From an uncultured Methanosarcinaceae archaeon (lineage in GTDB: Archaea; Halobacteriota; Methanosarcinia; Methanosarcinales; Methanosarcinaceae), in the NCBI GenBank assembly GCA_963847185.1, contig CAWJYV010000007.1:192001-256000 (forward strand): 64,000 nt of DNA. The letters run 5' to 3'. A program made the translations under genes and the position numbers. This document shows positions 60,925 through 64,000 of the stretch, one piece after another; positions within the stretch are counted from its first letter, which is position 1, and every line of letters starts with the position of its first letter. The notes under the pieces are model-generated. The model made no database searches and was not told the DNA's origin. It saw nothing but the letters and a program-made list of their open reading frames with translations.

Positions 60925-60952
60925 TAGCAACGTTTTGGGTAAAATGTTGCTA
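60925..60952. other. 28-bp palindrome, 11-6-11 (candidate recombination or protein-binding site B)
   Basis: TAGCAACGTTT-TGGGTA-AAATGTTGCTA; arms inverted with 1 mismatch. Confidence 0.5.
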
Positions 60953-62121
60953 TTTTTCTGCTTTTGAGGCTTAATTGTAGTTCGAACTAAAAGAATCAGC
61001 AAAAAACATCTCTGCAGAGCAGGGCCACAAAAAAGGGTGTTGTTTTCTCAGAAAATAAGTGGAAACATCCTGGAAAACTAGTGTGTAGGGTTATTACATG
61101 CGGTTTCTGCCATTAATTTATTTTAGTTGAATACCCACTAGATTGCTACAGGGTGTGCCAGCGCAACTTTGATTGTTCTAATTTCCTTTAATCGAAATAC
61201 TCTAAAATTTTCCTTCAAAAATTTCATTTTTCTGGCGATTCTTCCGAAATCTCTTTTTTTCTTATTTCCTCTGTACTTCTTAATTAAGTAATGGATAAAT
61301 CAATAGCATTAAAAACAATGTTAGATATGTGATTTTAAGCTTGCTATGTTTTCATTATAATAAAAAGTTGCTAAATATTACATCGGCAGAAGGAAACTAA
61401 GTTATTCTGGTATGATGTGGAATGATTTTGTTCGCAAACACACACTTTGAACCCTCTATCAAAACTAAGAAAGTTTTGTTTATGCTCTCATCTGTTATTT
61501 TTTTAGATCTTGTGTTTCGTGATTTATATAGTATTCAGTCTCATTGAGTACTGTTAAGGAGTCATATTAAGCCTTTAAATGAAAAAAGAAGCATTGTAAA
61601 TTGTACATTGTACAACCAAAGGTTAAATACTAGAATTGACATTTATACTCTTTGAAAGCTCTCTAAAAAACAGATGAACGGGGAGATAAAAGGCTAAGTA
61701 CAAAAGAAGAATATGCGTTTACATCTCTCGGTTATAAAATTTATCTGTTAAGTAAACCCCGTAGTTACTTAACAAGTGAGCTAAAAACGTTGTTTTCCAA
61801 AAGAAGTGAGTATATGCCCCCGTTGGAATCCTTATTATAGATGTAAAACTGATATTTCAGGGAAGTACCGCAAATACTTCCCTGAATAGTTAGTAAAGCC
61901 GGTAATAATATGAAACTGACATTGAAACATAAAAACCTTACCTTCATACTAGAAGAGCCTTCAGAAAGACTGATGATTATTTTCATCGGGCTGATTTTTG
62001 GATTACACAGTGTTTTACCTTATGTTTAAAAAATGGTTTTCCTGATTTACTTTTTATCAGGACGTTTTTATTTTTTTATAAACTGCTTGCCTGCAATTTT
62101 AGCTATAAGTTCCTTTCTTAA

Positions 62122-62717
62122 CTACTCTTCTACTAATAGCTGTTTTTCCATAGCATATTTTTTTTGCAGGCTCTCTATGTCTCTATATACCAGCTCTGAT
62201 AATTTTGGATCTTTTTCCCCTTCCATATAACGTTCAAACACAGCTCTAATCCTGGGTTCTGCCAGATGCTTATTACAGTTTATTTCAGCTATTTTTTGGG
62301 CTCTTACTTGAGCATTTTCAGGTTGATCTGGAATTGTAAGCAAGACTGCCATAGGTAAATAGAACAAATTTATACGTTCTCCAATATTTTTCAGTTGATC
62401 TTCTTTTAGTCTTATTTCCTGCTCAGTTAAATGACGAGAAAGTTCATCACGGGATCTTCATGCAGTTAATATGTTCGTGGCGATTACAAAGAACATTGAC
62501 ATCAAAATGCAATAACTGCTGTTATAAAAGCTAATAAGCTAGCATCAGGATTGCTACTACAACATTCTTTTATCAAAATCACTAAACAGAAAAAGCTTGC
62601 TAAGGCGCAAACGATTAATGGAAACCAAGAAATTACAGCCTTTAATTTATTTGCTTTTATATCAAATATTATATTTTCAAGATATCTTTCAAGCAATCCA
62701 GACACACAAAAACACAT
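62122..62717 (-). pseudogene. Degraded membrane-anchored hypothetical protein
   Basis: TM-coding ORF 62502-62717 joins via a frameshift to MSMFFVIATNILTA*RSRDELSRHLTEQEIRLKEDQLKNIGERINLFYLP... (ORF 62122-62367). Confidence 0.55.
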
Positions 62718-63284
62718 CCGTTCTCAAACAGTCTTATAATTTATCTTATTTAGTTTTTCATTTTAATATATTCGTTATAAAAATATTCAGTTATTTTTTT
62801 CTTCTATTAAAAGCAGTTCTGCACTTATCGGAGCATGTTTCCTTTTTTGTCGATTAGTTGTCTCAAACTCTTGCTCTACAGTTCTTGCAGATCTTCTTAA
62901 TTATCTCCTTCTCATTATCTCCCTGCTGAAGCTCTCCTGGGTGCACTGGCTTGCACATCTCTGTACTCATGGACTTTTTAGGCTCTTCAGATCCCTGCTC
63001 TAATCGCCTATACTCATGCTCTTGAAGTAGGGTGCGAATATTCCTAGGGTTCCAGCTTTACTTTTCAGATCTTCTATTCTCTAGTAACAGTTTAAGCCTT
63101 TCCTACGGCACATTTCACAACTCAGGGTAACTTCTTGAGGTTGCTTTTTACAAAAAAGTAATTAAAAAGTAGAAATAATTAAAACATGATTAAAAGATCA
63201 TTAAAAAAGATATTTTCTTCAAAAAAGAGTTGTAAAAAAGATTTTTTGCTCGATTGGAAACAATCGAGCTTTATTAGTCTATAA

Positions 63285-63357
63285 CGCCCGAACCGGGATT
63301 CGAACCCGAGTCGGAGCCTCGACAGGGCTCCATGATAGGCCTCTACACTATTCGGAC
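63285..63357 (-). tRNA. tRNA-Asp(GTC)
   Basis: GTCCGAA/TTCGGGC acceptor, GGAGCC-CTGTCGA-GGCTCC anticodon arm, GGTTCGAATCC T-loop; 73 nt, no encoded CCA. Confidence 0.95.
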
Positions 63358-63466
63358 ACTTTAGCTCTTTTGCTACTGTTTTTTGCCCGCGTTGCGAGCA
63401 AACCTTAAATGCCTTTTTAATATATAAATGTTCCCGTTGAACTTTTTCGATCTGGGTAATTTCAGG

Positions 63467-63582
63467 TCCCGCCTCCCAGACTCGAACCGGGGACATCGCG
63501 GTGCCTGCGCAGAAATGTACGGGTAATTTTTCCCGCACGAGCCGAACTACAGCCGCGCACTCTACCACTGAGTTAAGGCGGG
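63467..63582 (-). tRNA. tRNA-Tyr(GTA) with 44-nt intron at 37/38 (63503-63546)
   Basis: CCCGCCT/AGGCGGG acceptor with C1-G72 and A73, CGCGG-CTGTAG|intron|A-CCGCG, GGTTCGAGTC T-loop; two 36-nt exons. Confidence 0.93.
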
Positions 63583-63826
63583 ACAACGCCTATTGATCCA
63601 ATGCTGCACGAAGCCACACTGCTTCAGTGCACCATCTCCATATATGGTGATGATATTTATGTTTTTCGCTGGAAGTGAGAATGAGGGTATTACTTATAAA
63701 TATTTTTCATAAATCTAGTAATTTTTTGAAAAGAGTTCTTCAACTATTTTCTTTTGACTCTTTATATATCTCTAAGAATGTATCTCTGGAAACATATCGT
63801 TATCTGGAAACGCATCACTAAGGTCA

Positions 63827-63896
63827 ATAACGTCCAAATCGGGATTCGAATCCGAGTTAGAACTCTAGAGGGATCCATGATAGGCCTCTACACTAT
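63827..63896 (-). pseudogene. Degenerate copy of tRNA-Asp
   Basis: ATAACGtCCaAAtCGGGATTCGAAtCCGAGT...TCCATGATAGGCCTCTACACTAT aligns to 63281-63351; anticodon arm disrupted, 5' acceptor strand missing. Confidence 0.85.
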
Positions 63897-64000
63897 CTGT
63901 CTATGAACAATTCCTGGTTAGAAATAATAATATTAAAAACAGTGATAAAAAAGGGTATGAAAAGAACCCTGAGGTTCCTCTCGATTATTTTTTATTTAGA

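Noticed and set aside
61341-61373. Another copy of the TAGCAAC/GTTGCTA palindrome
   Set aside because: Only one arm matches and spacing is wrong; could be chance in AT-rich DNA.
54300-63300. Intact provirus or integrative element at tRNA-Asp
   Set aside because: No integrase, replication or virion genes, and I found no copy of the tRNA 3' end at the left boundary.
63179-63586. 135-aa ORF
   Set aside because: Overlaps tRNA-Asp and tRNA-Tyr; spurious.

Overview
Archaeal chromosomal window, very probably from Methanosarcina (inferred from gene content, protein style and long AT-rich intergenic regions). Bases 1-54 kb are mostly core genes: tfuA/ycaO, copB-type P1B ATPase, pheS, trpS, aIF-2beta, rpl10e, moaB, SNF2+SWIM, feoAB, alaS, leuB/leuD-type pair, purP, truA, Trm11-type methylase, map and pepQ. 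Sensor, TPR and surface-protein genes are interspersed. From ~54.3 kb to the tRNA-Asp/tRNA-Tyr(intron) pair at 63.3-63.6 kb lies an AT-rich accessory zone. It holds three co-oriented unrelated genes (YVTN propeller, a TBP paralog, a secreted protein) separated by a ~250-bp direct repeat with an invariant hairpin. It also holds a 114-bp MITE with 5-bp TSD, an antitoxin plus dead RelE-like toxin, and two inverted 28/29-bp palindromes with tyrosine-recombinase-site geometry that bracket this block. Other notable items are a radical-SAM/SPASM-fold protein lacking all Fe-S cysteines, an unannotated 55-aa 8-Cys ORF inside the feo operon under two DtxR-type boxes, and several single-base deletions that may be assembly errors. 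No CRISPR array, rRNA, integrase or intact transposase was seen. All family assignments come from motif recognition by eye, not database searches.
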